Origin: Candidatus Hydrogenedentota bacterium
GTDB taxonomy: Bacteria; Hydrogenedentota; Hydrogenedentia; Hydrogenedentales; SLHB01
DNA: 64,000 nucleotides
Assembly (NCBI GenBank): GCA_029552745.1
Contig: JAKPDK010000167.1
Coordinates: forward strand, 7,622-71,621
Direction of reading: 5' to 3'
This document shows, in pieces, positions 1 through 10,385 of this stretch; within the stretch, counting starts at the first letter, position 1, and each line of letters begins with the position of its first letter. The notes beneath the pieces were generated by a model. It did not search any database, was not told the DNA's origin, and saw only the letters and a list, made by a program, of their open reading frames with translations. Made by a program: the position numbers and the translations under genes.

Positions 1-998
1 ATGTCATGGGACACATCTCTTTACTGGGTTATTCCGGTCCCATCATTGCCCCTATGACCACCGCCGGCCCCGATGAATCCGCGCTTGGCGATCCTGTGGG
101 CGCATTGCTAACGGAGTGGGCACGCCAATGCCACAAACAGGGTGGCCTTGTTGTGCTTCCCCATTTTCCTAATCCACGTTGTGAACATGTAGCCGCAATC
201 ATCGACGGTTCCATTGATGCCATAGAAATGACCTCGTGGGGAAATCTGTATTTCGGCATCGACCCGTATTCGCTGTCGGATTGGTACCGGTACCTTAACA
301 ATGGGTATTTTCTGCCCGCCGTAGGGGGTACCGATAAGATGAGCGCCAATACGGCAGTGGGTACGGTCCGCACATATGCCCAACTTCGTGAAGACGAAGA
401 ATTCAGTTATGACAACTGGATGCGCGCAGTAAAGGCAGGCAGGACATTTGCCACGTATGGGCCTCTCCTGGAGTTCTCCGTTGAGGGTCAACCCTCCGGC
501 TCGCGCATCGCGATGTCTCCCACAGGTGGCACCGTGACTGTATCTTGGCACGTCGCCAGCGTCACCCTACCCATGACACGTGTAGACCTCGTCGTTAACG
601 GAGCTATCAAAGAGTCGCGACACGTTCGACCATGGGAGGATTCCGGCGAATTTACGCTGCGGGTCGACCGCAGTTCGTGGGCAGCGATTTTGGTACGTGG
701 TAAATACCGCGACAAACCGGAAATGATCGGCGCCCATTCCTCGCCCGTCATGATCGAGGTCGCTGGTTCACCGTTCTACGCTGCGGCGGACGCCTTGACT
801 CTGTTAGAACAGATCGAAGGGGCGCTGGCTTATCTTGACACGCTGGGCACACGGGCGGAAACGGCTGCCTATAAACGTATGCGGCTCGTACTTACTGCGG
901 CGCATCGCAGCCTTCATAATCGCATGCACCAACACGGAATGTATCACGACCACACGGTCCAGCACGATCATGACGCACACCACAAGAGGCAGCGCTAG
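1..998 (+). CDS. 5'-truncated hypothetical protein (C-terminal part), possibly PHP/CehA-like metallohydrolase-related; His-rich C-terminal tail
   Basis: The open frame runs from the window edge with no upstream stop; the ORF-track Met at position 6 is probably internal. Motifs 'LVVLPHFP' and 'AVGGTDKMS' are weakly PHP-like. The C-terminus 'HNRMHQHGMYHDHTVQHDHDAHHKRQR' is very His-rich. Confidence 0.4.
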   Translation, partial: VMGHISLLGYSGPIIAPMTTAGPDESALGDPVGALLTEWARQCHKQGGLVVLPHFPNPRCEHVAAIIDGSIDAIEMTSWGNLYFGIDPYSLSDWYRYLNNGYFLPAVGGTDKMSANTAVGTVRTYAQLREDEEFSYDNWMRAVKAGRTFATYGPLLEFSVEGQPSGSRIAMSPTGGTVTVSWHVASVTLPMTRVDLVVNGAIKESRHVRPWEDSGEFTLRVDRSSWAAILVRGKYRDKPEMIGAHSSPVMIEVAGSPFYAAADALTLLEQIEGALAYLDTLGTRAETAAYKRMRLVLTAAHRSLHNRMHQHGMYHDHTVQHDHDAHHKRQR

Positions 999-1031
999 AA
1001 AGGTGTGCGGTGTCTTTCCGACTCGTGCTTT

Positions 1032-1610
1032 TTAGGAAGCGTGTCGGTTGTATTCCAAAAAGTTCTTAATGATCTGTTTGCCGCAAACCGTTAAAATGCT
1101 TTCCGGGTGAAATTGGACCCCCCAGATAGGGTAATCCTTGTGTTTCACGCCCATGATTTCGTGGGCATCCGTCCACGCCGTCGTCTCGAGGACATCCGGC
1201 TTTGTTTCTGGTCGAATCACCAGGGAATGATATCGCGTTGCCGTGAAAGGCGATTCTATGCCGGCAAACAACGGGTCATTGTTGTGATAAATCTCGCTCA
1301 CTTTGCCGTGCATGATACGTCCCGCGCGGACGATTTCTCCGCCGAAGGCTTCCCCGATACTCTGGTGGCCTAGGCACACCCCCAGAAGGGGAATTTGGGG
1401 ACCCAGGCGGCGGATCAGTTCGATGGAGATTCCCGCCTCATTTGGGGTACATGGCCCCGGGGAGACGACAAGATAATCCGGTTTCAACGCTTCGACTTGT
1501 TCGACAGTAATGGCGTCATTCCGGAAAACGCGGATATCTCGCTCAAACTCCCCGAAATATTGCACCAGGTTGTAGGTAAACGAATCGTAGTTATCAATGA
1601 TCACGATCAT
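1032..1610 (-). CDS. trpG: anthranilate synthase component II / glutamine amidotransferase (TrpG/PabA family)
   Basis: 192 aa. Class-I GATase signature '[19 protein letters not shown]', with Cys in '[15 protein letters not shown]' and His in 'VQFHPESI'. It overlaps the upstream trpE stop by 4 nt. Confidence 0.85.
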   Translation of the reverse strand: MIVIIDNYDSFTYNLVQYFGEFERDIRVFRNDAITVEQVEALKPDYLVVSPGPCTPNEAGISIELIRRLGPQIPLLGVCLGHQSIGEAFGGEIVRAGRIMHGKVSEIYHNNDPLFAGIESPFTATRYHSLVIRPETKPDVLETTAWTDAHEIMGVKHKDYPIWGVQFHPESILTVCGKQIIKNFLEYNRHAS

Positions 1611-3094
1611 GGTTCCAATCCCCTTTCTGCAAAGTCTACGGCACGGAATAGGGCTGCCGCTTTGTTTACGGTCTCTTCGTACTCGCGTTCAGGCACACTG
1701 TCGTAAACGATGCCGGCGCCAGCTTGAACGTAAGCGATACCATCTTTAATGATCATTGTGCGAATGATGATGCACGTGTCCATATCTCCTGAAAAACTGA
1801 TATAGCCACATCCGCCCGCGTAGGGACCCCGTCGAACCGGTTCGAGTTCGTCGATAATTTCCATCGCGCGGATTTTCGGCGCTCCACTGACTGTGCCCAT
1901 TGGAAATGTCGCCCGCAAAGCGGAAAAGGCGTCCTCGCCTTCGCGCAGCTGTCCTTCCACTTCGCTGACAATGTGCATTACATGCGAATACCGTTCGATA
2001 TACATGAGCCGTCCAGGCGCTGGGGCGACCGTTCCCGGAACACTGACGCGCCCGATGTCGTTTCGTCCCAAATCGACTAACATGATATGTTCCGCTCGTT
2101 CCTTTTGGTCAGCCAGGAGTTCTTTTTCAAGGGCTTGGTCTTCTTCTACGGTGCTACCGCGCCGTCTTGTTCCGGCTATCGGCCGCACCATGCAACGACC
2201 ATTCTTGACTTGCGTCATAACCTCCGGACTGGACCCCACTAATGAAAACTCCGGGTACCGTACCAACAACATATAGGGCGAGGGGTTGATGCACCGTAGC
2301 GCACGGTAAATGTTGACGGGGCTCGCATGAACTTCGCGTTCTAGTCGCTGGGACAAAACAACCTGAAAAATATCGCCCGCGCAGATATATTCCTTGGCTT
2401 TGCGAACCGCTTCGCAAAAGGCTTCGCGGCTGAAGTTCGAACGAGGCTCCGTCGGAGTCTCCGCAGAGAGCACCCGTTCGGACGTTACGACAACGGGACG
2501 TCTCATGCGCTGTTCGAGTTCATCGATTTTGCGCAAGGCTTCGTTGTAAGCAGATTTGGGATCGCCTTGTACATGCGCATTGGACACAAGTTTCACACGG
2601 TTATTTACGTGGTCGAAAATCACCAAGGTATCGGTGATCATAAAATAAAGATCGGGCAGGTTCAGCGGGTCGGGATTCTTGTCCGGCAACTTTTCAAAAA
2701 ACCGGACTTCATCATACCCAATCATACCTACGGCACCCCCGTGAAACTCTGGGACACCCTCTATCCGTACTGGTTTATATTGCATCATGAGGCGTCGTAG
2801 TTCTTCCAACGGATCGTCGGATTCAAAAGACGAGGCTCTTCCCTCACGGGTAATCGTGACGGTACGTCCCTTGGAGCGAAACACCGTGGAAGGTGAGGCG
2901 CCCAGAAACGAGTACCTCCCGATAGAGTCCGCTCGCTCCACGCTTTCCAGCAGGAAGGAGTAAGGTTGATCTCGCGCAATCTTCAAATATGCCGATACGG
3001 GGGTCTCCAGATCCGCGAGTAACTCTTTGTAAACGGGAACCAAGGCGCCGTGCCGCGCCAAACGACGAAACGTGTCTAAATCCGGGTAAACCAT
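1607..3094 (-). CDS. trpE: anthranilate synthase component I
   Basis: 495 aa. Chorismate-binding-enzyme motifs '[15 protein letters not shown]', '[19 protein letters not shown]' and '[19 protein letters not shown]'. Confidence 0.9.
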   Translation of the reverse strand: MVYPDLDTFRRLARHGALVPVYKELLADLETPVSAYLKIARDQPYSFLLESVERADSIGRYSFLGASPSTVFRSKGRTVTITREGRASSFESDDPLEELRRLMMQYKPVRIEGVPEFHGGAVGMIGYDEVRFFEKLPDKNPDPLNLPDLYFMITDTLVIFDHVNNRVKLVSNAHVQGDPKSAYNEALRKIDELEQRMRRPVVVTSERVLSAETPTEPRSNFSREAFCEAVRKAKEYICAGDIFQVVLSQRLEREVHASPVNIYRALRCINPSPYMLLVRYPEFSLVGSSPEVMTQVKNGRCMVRPIAGTRRRGSTVEEDQALEKELLADQKERAEHIMLVDLGRNDIGRVSVPGTVAPAPGRLMYIERYSHVMHIVSEVEGQLREGEDAFSALRATFPMGTVSGAPKIRAMEIIDELEPVRRGPYAGGCGYISFSGDMDTCIIIRTMIIKDGIAYVQAGAGIVYDSVPEREYEETVNKAAALFRAVDFAERGLEP

Positions 3095-3109
3095 AGAAAA
3101 CCTCCTCCT

Positions 3110-3574
3110 TCATGCCTTTTGGGATTCCGAAGACGGGTCACCGTCAAAATGCACCGTGCCATCCGCCTCCACTTTCCGATAGAAACAGCTCGTTTGGTTG
3201 GTATGACAAGTGGGACCTATTGGCTCGCACAAGAACAACAGCGCATCGCCGTCGCAGTCGATGCGCACTTCCTTCACCATCAAAAAATGTCCCGACGTCT
3301 CCCCTTTGACCCAGTACTTTTTCCGAGAACGCGACCAGAAGCACGCCTTTCCTTCCTTCAGCGTTCGTTCCAGTGACTCGCGGTTCATGTAGCCCAACAT
3401 CAGGACTTTGCCAGTTTGAATGTCTTGAATGATCGCGGGAATCAATCCGTTGGAATCTGCTTTCAAAATCGCATCCAACGGCTCTGCCGCATTCTTTGTG
3501 GAAACAATACACTCGTCCATGTGACCAGCTCCTTTCGGGATTTTGTCTGCAAAATAGACAGGGAATGGAAACAA
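3110..3574 (-). CDS. hisI: phosphoribosyl-AMP cyclohydrolase
   Basis: Strong HisI core 'LIPAIIQD...[41 protein letters not shown]...[10 protein letters not shown]...[10 protein letters not shown]'. It lies 15 nt upstream of the trpE start, in the same orientation. Confidence 0.85.
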   Translation of the reverse strand: MFPFPVYFADKIPKGAGHMDECIVSTKNAAEPLDAILKADSNGLIPAIIQDIQTGKVLMLGYMNRESLERTLKEGKACFWSRSRKKYWVKGETSGHFLMVKEVRIDCDGDALLFLCEPIGPTCHTNQTSCFYRKVEADGTVHFDGDPSSESQKA

Positions 3575-3789
3575 CGACAGGAGCTAGAAGCAGACATAAT
3601 GACGCCATCGATGTAACTCATGCATCATCGAAAGCATCTTCTGTTCTCCGCTTCCAGCCGTTTTCAATGCGAGATTCTCAACCTCAACATTAGTAATATG
3701 GCACAAGGTCCCCATCAATTGCAACAAATTTATTTCACGCGCCTCTCTACGAGTCCTGGTCTCTTCCAAAAGGACGCCTTCCTCGCCGC

Positions 3790-3885
3790 CGCCCTCCTGC
3801 GCTAGGTCCTCGTTGTCATTGCGAGGAGTGCCATAGGCACGACGCGGCAATCCCCTCGGAAAATCGAGGATTACCCGCCTCTGTC
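3790..3885. repeat. solo copy of the palindromic MITE-like element (GTTGTCATTGCGAGGAG...GGCAATCCCCTCGG core)
   Basis: 'cgttgtcattgcgaggagtgccataggcacgacgcggcaatcccctcgg' matches the 97-bp unit of the 14.2-kb array. Intergenic between hisI and the BNR gene. Confidence 0.6.
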
Positions 3886-4022
3886 TTGTACCGTCTGGAA
3901 CACATAACAACTAATTCGATTGACCACATGGAACAGGCCTATAATCGCAAACATAAGTGCAGTATGTTGCGCCAAGACATTGGGTGAATAGGCATGGGTA
4001 ATAAGGCAGGGAGGTGTGCGTC

Positions 4023-5069
4023 ATGTTGACATTGTGCAGTCTATTTCTTGTTCCAGGGGTGGGATTGGTTCCTCCGGATATATTTGAAAGGTCCGTAAAA
4101 GAAGGGGGAGGACGCGTGGATTTTGTTTTTGAGGACGAGCGACCGTTTAAGCAATGTCATGCCTCCACGTTGGTCGAAACGGACGACGGTGGCTTGCTGT
4201 GCGCCTGGTTTGGGGGTACGGAGGAAAGCAAGCCGGACGTCGCGATTTGGATGGCGCGGTTTGACGGCAGAAATTGGGGTGCGCCGTTCCGCGTGGCAAA
4301 AGTGGAAAACACGGCGCATTGGAATCCCGTTTTGTTTCGTGACCCACGCTATGGCTATTTTCTTTTCTTTAAAGTCGGCAAACGAGTGCCGGTTTGGCGT
4401 ACGTACGTGATGTTTTCGCCCGATGGAAAACAATGGTCCGAAGCGCGGGAGCTGGTTCCTGGCGACGTGGGAGGCAGGGGACCTGTTAAGAACAAGCCCA
4501 TTATTCTTTCCAACGGGACTTGGCTTGCGGGGGCTTCAACGGAACACGGACGCTGGTTACCATTTGCGGACAGATCGGAGGACGGCGGAAAGACCTGGGA
4601 ACGCAGCGCAGATTGGCAAATCGATCGCAAATTGATTTCCGGCGACGGGGCAATTCAACCCACCGTCTGGGAATCCGCACCGGGCCATGTGCATGCACTT
4701 CTAAGGACTTCTTGTGGAAAGATTGCCCGAGCAGACTCACAGGATTATGGAAAAACATGGTCGCCCGTCTATTTGACTACATTGCCGAATAACAACAGCG
4801 GCATAGACCTTATTGCGTTGGAGAACGGCAGACTCCTGTTGGTTTACAATCCCGTCGGGAAAAACTGGGGACCGCGGACGCCTCTGAATCTCGCGGTGAG
4901 CGACGACAACGGCAACACGTGGCGCGATATTGCCTCGCTCGAAACCGAAAAAGGCGAGTATTCATACCCCGCGATTATCCGGACGGCAAAGGGCGTTGCC
5001 CTATGCTACACCTGGAAACGGGAACGTGTGCGGTGCTGGCAGATTCCTCTTGCCGTACTGGGGCACTGA
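4023..5069 (+). CDS. BNR-repeat glycosyl hydrolase (sialidase-like, GH33-like fold)
   Basis: BNR/Asp-box motifs SxDxGxTW appear three times ('SEDGGKTWE', 'SQDYGKTWS', 'SDDNGNTWR'). The ATG at 4023 is preceded by AGGGAGG; the track start at 4014 is GTG. Confidence 0.6.
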   Translation: MLTLCSLFLVPGVGLVPPDIFERSVKEGGGRVDFVFEDERPFKQCHASTLVETDDGGLLCAWFGGTEESKPDVAIWMARFDGRNWGAPFRVAKVENTAHWNPVLFRDPRYGYFLFFKVGKRVPVWRTYVMFSPDGKQWSEARELVPGDVGGRGPVKNKPIILSNGTWLAGASTEHGRWLPFADRSEDGGKTWERSADWQIDRKLISGDGAIQPTVWESAPGHVHALLRTSCGKIARADSQDYGKTWSPVYLTTLPNNNSGIDLIALENGRLLLVYNPVGKNWGPRTPLNLAVSDDNGNTWRDIASLETEKGEYSYPAIIRTAKGVALCYTWKRERVRCWQIPLAVLGH

Positions 5070-5084
5070 GGGCTTTGTTCCCCA

Positions 5085-6731
5085 TTAGAGCGGTGCTGCC
5101 TCTACGATCAGGATCCAGTCATGCACTTCGCCCGGCATAGGTATCTGCCAACGCCCATCGGCGTCCGGTTGAACGGGACCGATCTCCCGACGGCCGCCTG
5201 TTATTGGGTCGAAAAACGACGCAGTGTAAGAGATCTCTTGTTCCAGTCCAAGTAGGGCAGGCATATTCCACTTCCAGGGCAGGTAGACCAATCGCAACCG
5301 GCGAGGAATACCTATACAACGCACGGCATATGGGTCGTTCTCGTCCTGTTTTCCTTCGATCCATTCCGGATGCTTTTCGAGACGCCACCAAGGAAACCGC
5401 GAAAACAGGGCAGCGCCCAAAGCAACCTGTTTGCCGCCCGGAAGAGCTGCCGCTTCATCCCATGGGGTGTCTCCCCACGACCTGCCGTGTGGCGAGGGAC
5501 CGTAAGGCTCTGAAGGTCGGTTGACTTGCCAAATCCCATTGGCACCGTACGTATGCCCCGCTGTTCCATTAAATACGGCGGTGTAAAACGAAAGGCGCTG
5601 GACATGGGGACCGCACCGTCCTAATATGCCTTCGTAGTTCACTTCGCCAATGATTACAGGCATGCGGGGTTCGGTCGCCACCGCTTCACAAACGGTTTGT
5701 ATAGAACCCGGTATATCGTGAATGTCACTGTGTCCCGTCTGCAACATTTCGAAATCCAGAAGGCTGCTATCTTCCACCACCTCTCTACCCCGCCGACTTG
5801 GATGAATCGTTACCAAATTGTGATACGGGTCGATCGCCCTCACATACGCCGCCACTTCCGTCCAACCGCGTTTTTGCAAGGCGGCGTCTTCCTTCGGGGT
5901 CTTGGAGAGGTAATACGGCATCGTGCCCTCACCTGCCAAGCACCACACAACCGGATACGCCCCGTATCTGGCAATCAAATAGCGCCAGAAATGTTTTACT
6001 TTTTCCACGCCCAATTGCGGAAGGTAATATCCCCACATGCCCACAATGCAGGGCATTAGGCCGGCATCTACAAGGTGAGCTAGTTTCACGTCCGCGAAAT
6101 CAAAAAATGACGGATTGACCGAGTGGAACCCTTCCGTAAACGGGAAGCCACCCTCATTTTTCCCACGAGGGTCCCAGGCATCCATGTCCGGCAAAGGTCC
6201 CGCAACAATCTGAATGACATTAAACCCTTTTGCCACACGGTCAGCCGTCAACGCCCGAAACCCGTGTGGCCAATCCAGGCGTTCCGTGAACCCCATCCAC
6301 CACGTGTCGCCTATCCAAAAGAACGGCGTTCCGTCTGCATGTTCAAAATGCCGTTTGTCGTCTGCGACACAAAGACGTCCATGTTTCTTCAGCAGATTCT
6401 TGCCTCGATACGGCACCACCGTAAACTTTCCAGTCTTTCCGTGGAGCCCAGCATCATCCGTTTGCGAACAAACCGACTCATACGTGTACGCGCCGATACG
6501 TTCGCCCGATACCCTTGCTGCCCATCGGTTATCCCCGGCCCAGAATGCCGGCACACGCAAGGTGAGGCCATCCGGTCCCCGCACAATGACATCCAAAGAA
6601 ACATCCAACCAGGGATCAGCATAGATTTTTGTGGAATAAAACGACACCTCCGTGACACAGTTTTGTTGAATGCTGATTTCCATGTCCTTGCCTCCCGCTT
6701 GCACTACCATGAATGCTAGTGCCAAAACCAT
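5085..6731 (-). CDS. DUF5060/DUF4038-type putative glycoside hydrolase (GH140-like TIM barrel)
   Basis: 548 aa. An N-terminal Ig-like segment is followed by 'FWIGDTWWMGFTERLDWP...', typical of the DUF4038 family. Family assignment from memory of motif only. Confidence 0.45.
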   Translation of the reverse strand: MVLALAFMVVQAGGKDMEISIQQNCVTEVSFYSTKIYADPWLDVSLDVIVRGPDGLTLRVPAFWAGDNRWAARVSGERIGAYTYESVCSQTDDAGLHGKTGKFTVVPYRGKNLLKKHGRLCVADDKRHFEHADGTPFFWIGDTWWMGFTERLDWPHGFRALTADRVAKGFNVIQIVAGPLPDMDAWDPRGKNEGGFPFTEGFHSVNPSFFDFADVKLAHLVDAGLMPCIVGMWGYYLPQLGVEKVKHFWRYLIARYGAYPVVWCLAGEGTMPYYLSKTPKEDAALQKRGWTEVAAYVRAIDPYHNLVTIHPSRRGREVVEDSSLLDFEMLQTGHSDIHDIPGSIQTVCEAVATEPRMPVIIGEVNYEGILGRCGPHVQRLSFYTAVFNGTAGHTYGANGIWQVNRPSEPYGPSPHGRSWGDTPWDEAAALPGGKQVALGAALFSRFPWWRLEKHPEWIEGKQDENDPYAVRCIGIPRRLRLVYLPWKWNMPALLGLEQEISYTASFFDPITGGRREIGPVQPDADGRWQIPMPGEVHDWILIVEAAPL

Positions 6732-6969
6732 TTCTTACCACCTGACAACCGAAGAACGCTACCTGGCGTATCAATACACTTGACCAAAGCGAACAAATTT
6801 TACCGTAAGCCTATCGCAACCAAACCCCGCACGCAAACAGAGGGAGATTTTGGTCTATCGGGCGTGTATTACCCTCTGGTACGCGTAAAATAGTTGAAAG
6901 TTTTTGGGAAAATTTCCTCAAAGTCGTGGCGAAATCGGATCTCGTGAATTCACCAGGACAATTCCTTTC

Positions 6970-8139
6970 CTATCCTCCGAGTTCGATGCAGCGCTTGCGG
7001 TAGTGTAAGTAGTTGTCAAGGGGCACTTCTTCGGGCACGCCGTGGTCGCAGGTCGGGATATAGCCGCCGCGTTGCCGCATAGGCGGCAGGATTCTTTCCA
7101 AGTGGCGGTCGATTTCCTCTTTTGAGGTTGCCAAGACGCGCTTGTCGATCCCGCCGAACATGACAAGGTTCGGATATTTCCTCCCGATCTCGACAACGTC
7201 GCATCCTGCGGCGACTTCAAAGGGGCTCATGACGTCCATGCCGATTTCTTGATAAATGGGGATGACGGGATTGGCGTTGCCGTCTGTATCGATGTGGATA
7301 TACAGGTGACGCGACTTGTCGATTTGTCTTGTGCGCACATTATCGATGAGCTGCTGGTAGTAGGGAAAAAGAAATTCTCTCATCATGTCGGGTGAAATGA
7401 GCGGTCCGTAGTTGTAACAGATATCTTCGGCAAAGAAGATTTCGTCCAACGTGACGTACCGCTGGTGCTGTGCGATGACGGTATCTGCCAATTCGAACCA
7501 GGTGGTCATGCAATCATGAATGAGTTCCGGGCGTTCGCAAAACATGTAAAGCAAGTCACCGGGACCGATGAGGCTTCGTAGATACATGTAACCGCCAATG
7601 AGGTTCTGGGAGATCATCATCCCCTCTGCGGCGGCGTTTTGAGCGATCTCCATGCGCGCCGGTAAATCGGCATAACGTTCCGGGGAGTTAGGGTTGAGAC
7701 GCCACTTCACGTTTTCTTCCCATGTTCGTTGGTCTTTGACGGGATGGTCGAGGTATTCGGGCATGAAACCGCTTCTGCGTCCCTTGAAATACAAGACGTG
7801 ACGCCCGGCATGATCTTGTTCCACCTCATGTTCTCCTCGGGTCTCGATAATCTTGACCTCAAAGGCAGGCACAAATGCCGCTTCGCACCAGCCGAGTTGA
7901 CCCAAATGATGATTACCCGGTGGATCGAATTGAAAGAGTTCCGCTAGATCGGCATTTGCCGGAAGACCTTGTTGTTTCCAGGCGTCGAGAGAATAGTACC
8001 CAAACTCTCGGCGGAAGAACGGCGCACCCGGTGTGATAGCATAGGTATCGCGGAGTTTGCGCGCGGAAGGACACATCTGGTCTCTTGGAGGAAGAGCATG
8101 GACACCGTCGCGTGGAACGAAAGCTTTGTCGTTGGTCAT
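6970..8139 (-). CDS. uroporphyrinogen decarboxylase (URO-D)-like family protein (methyltransferase/decarboxylase-like TIM barrel)
   Basis: 389 aa. C-terminal 'MFGGIDKRVLATSKEEIDRHLERILPPMRQRGGYIPTCDHGVPEEVPLDNY' resembles URO-D/MtaA-family C-termini. Confidence 0.4.
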   Translation of the reverse strand: MTNDKAFVPRDGVHALPPRDQMCPSARKLRDTYAITPGAPFFRREFGYYSLDAWKQQGLPANADLAELFQFDPPGNHHLGQLGWCEAAFVPAFEVKIIETRGEHEVEQDHAGRHVLYFKGRRSGFMPEYLDHPVKDQRTWEENVKWRLNPNSPERYADLPARMEIAQNAAAEGMMISQNLIGGYMYLRSLIGPGDLLYMFCERPELIHDCMTTWFELADTVIAQHQRYVTLDEIFFAEDICYNYGPLISPDMMREFLFPYYQQLIDNVRTRQIDKSRHLYIHIDTDGNANPVIPIYQEIGMDVMSPFEVAAGCDVVEIGRKYPNLVMFGGIDKRVLATSKEEIDRHLERILPPMRQRGGYIPTCDHGVPEEVPLDNYLHYRKRCIELGG

Positions 8140-8292
8140 GATGCAAAGACCCTTTCAAACTTCCTCGTTTGCCACAAATATACCCGATGAACCACATGCC
8201 ACGCACGGGCGCCCCTAGAAAACGCATCTTGACTCGTAGGGTTGTTGAGACTAATCTTTAGGAAGCAGTTATTCTTGAAGGGGTGGTTTGTT

Positions 8293-9723
8293 ATGCCTTT
8301 TGTAAAACGTCACGCTACCTTGATCGGGTTCGTGGAAGCGGTACTGGATATCGCTTGTATTGTTGCGGGGCATGCCACGGTGATTTACTGGACTACGCGG
8401 CCGACGGACTGGGGTGCCTTCGTGGAACGTTTCTGGGAGCACGTGGGGTATGTGCTGATCTTTTGTGTTGTCTGGATTGGGGCAGCAATGGACCAGCGCC
8501 TTTTTGCATCGCGGCGTGGCGAGACCTTACGGGAACAATTGACCTCGATTTGCAAAGCCGTCGGTATCACGGTGGTATTCACGGGCTTTTTCATTGTTTT
8601 CTTTTCACGACGTTCTTTGGATCAATCCTTTTTATTGTATGCGAGTGCCTGCACATTGGTGCTTCTGATTGTCTACCGGGGACTCGGGCGGTTGTTGATC
8701 TGGCGCGTGCGGCGGCGGGGGTACAACTACCGCCAGATTCTCATCATCGGGGGAAACGAACGGGCACGTCATTTGGTAGATTTGATGGTCAGTCAGGGTT
8801 GGCATGGGTATAAGCTTGCCGGTCTGCTCGATGACGACCCCGACCGTGCAAAATACTTGGCGGATTACAACGTGCCCTATTTGGGACGGCTTGACGAATT
8901 GGAAAATGTTTTGCTTTCACATGTTATTGATGAGGTGTATGTTTGCCTGCCGGTGCGAGCATATTACGAAAAAATTACCAGTATGGCACATCTGTGCGAA
9001 GGCATCGGTATGCCCATCCGCATGATTGCCGACCTGTTTCCGCTGCGCATCGCGACAAGTCGCGTAAAGCAATTTGGGGATATTCCTTTGTTATCTCTGT
9101 CTGCAGTGCCAGAGGCAGAGATTCAATTATTCTTAAAACGCACCATTGACATTGTCATATCATTGTTGTTTTTGGTTTGCGTCGCATCTTGGCTGTTCCC
9201 AATTATTGCCTTGTTGATCAAACTGGATTCCAAAGGTCCCGTATTCTTCTTGCAGGAACGGGTTGGACTAAATCAACGTAGGTTCAAAATGATTAAATTC
9301 CGATCGATGGTTGCCGACGCCGAAGAACGAAAACGACTTTTGGAACAGATGAACGAGGCGGATGGGCCCGTTTTCAAGATTCGTCGCGACCCACGTGTCA
9401 CCCGCGTAGGGCGATGGCTGCGCAAGTATAGCATTGATGAAATGCCCCAGTTTATCAACGTGTTCTTGGGACATATGAGTCTCGTGGGACCGCGACCGCC
9501 CATTCCGGAAGAAGTAGCAAAATATACCTGGGACCAACGTCGGCGCCTTTCGGTTCGTCCTGGTCTGACTGGTTTACAACAAGTGAGCGGACGTAGCGAC
9601 CTTTCTTTTGACCAATGGGTGGAACTTGACCTGGCTTATATTGACAACTGGTCGCTGATGCTGGATTTTCGGATCCTCCTGCGTACCTTTGAGGCGGTTG
9701 TTCTTGCGCGTGGAGCGGCGTAA
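8293..9723 (+). CDS. polyprenyl-phosphate hexose-1-phosphate transferase (WbaP/WcaJ-like bacterial sugar transferase), exopolysaccharide initiating enzyme
   Basis: N-terminal TM helices. The C-terminal bacterial sugar-transferase domain shows '[14 protein letters not shown]...[24 protein letters not shown]...[21 protein letters not shown]'. The ATG at 8293 is preceded by GAAGGGG; the track ORF begins at an upstream TTG. Confidence 0.8.
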   Translation: MPFVKRHATLIGFVEAVLDIACIVAGHATVIYWTTRPTDWGAFVERFWEHVGYVLIFCVVWIGAAMDQRLFASRRGETLREQLTSICKAVGITVVFTGFFIVFFSRRSLDQSFLLYASACTLVLLIVYRGLGRLLIWRVRRRGYNYRQILIIGGNERARHLVDLMVSQGWHGYKLAGLLDDDPDRAKYLADYNVPYLGRLDELENVLLSHVIDEVYVCLPVRAYYEKITSMAHLCEGIGMPIRMIADLFPLRIATSRVKQFGDIPLLSLSAVPEAEIQLFLKRTIDIVISLLFLVCVASWLFPIIALLIKLDSKGPVFFLQERVGLNQRRFKMIKFRSMVADAEERKRLLEQMNEADGPVFKIRRDPRVTRVGRWLRKYSIDEMPQFINVFLGHMSLVGPRPPIPEEVAKYTWDQRRRLSVRPGLTGLQQVSGRSDLSFDQWVELDLAYIDNWSLMLDFRILLRTFEAVVLARGAA

Positions 9724-9726
9724 TCC

Positions 9727-10362
9727 TTGGGCAAACTAAACAAAGGCAAAACCGACAGAGCCTATTTCCGCGAAGCCTACCAAACCGGCGTGCACGGCTG
9801 GCCCACGGTGGAGCCTTCGCCTTACGTCGTGAGATTCCTACGCCGAGTGTACGGTAGTGACGCTACAGGATATGCGCTGGATCTCGGTTGCGGCGAAGGC
9901 AGACACGCCCGTTTTGCCGCGGACCTAGGGTTCCACGTGGTTGGTGTGGATTTTGAAGCCTCGGCAGTACGCCGTGCGATAGCCTTTTCTCAAGATCGCG
10001 CGCGGGAAGGCTTGCACTTTGTTGTAGCAGATGTCTTGCACCTTCCTTTCCACGGCGCTTCATTCGAGGTGGTGATAGACTACGGTTGTTTGCATCACCA
10101 GCGAAAAAGAAACTGGCCGTTGTATCTTCACTCGGTCTTGCATTGCCTCAAGCCTCGAGGGGTTTTTCTCCTATCGGTCTTCAGTCCCAAATTTCGGATG
10201 TTTTGTAACCGCCGAAGACAATGGCATGTTGTCGGAGGAGCCTATCGGCGTTGTTTTACGCGAGAACAAGTCGAACAGTTGTTTGGCGCAACATTTTCCA
10301 TTTTGGAAACCGTCGAAGACGACGAAATCGGTTTTTGGCATTTTCTCATGCGAAGACGGTAA
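9727..10362 (+). CDS. class I SAM-dependent methyltransferase
   Basis: Motif I 'ALDLGCGEGRHA' followed by 'VVGVDFEASAV'. TTG start in the track. Confidence 0.6.
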   Translation: MGKLNKGKTDRAYFREAYQTGVHGWPTVEPSPYVVRFLRRVYGSDATGYALDLGCGEGRHARFAADLGFHVVGVDFEASAVRRAIAFSQDRAREGLHFVVADVLHLPFHGASFEVVIDYGCLHHQRKRNWPLYLHSVLHCLKPRGVFLLSVFSPKFRMFCNRRRQWHVVGGAYRRCFTREQVEQLFGATFSILETVEDDEIGFWHFLMRRR

Positions 10363-10385
10363 TAAGATACAGAACACGCTGAAGA

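Noticed and set aside
3584-3910. 108-aa minus-strand ORF
   Set aside because: It overlaps a MITE copy. The peptide 'RGLPRRAYGTPRNDNEDLAQEGGGEEG' is the repeat-derived pseudo-peptide, and no RBS is present.
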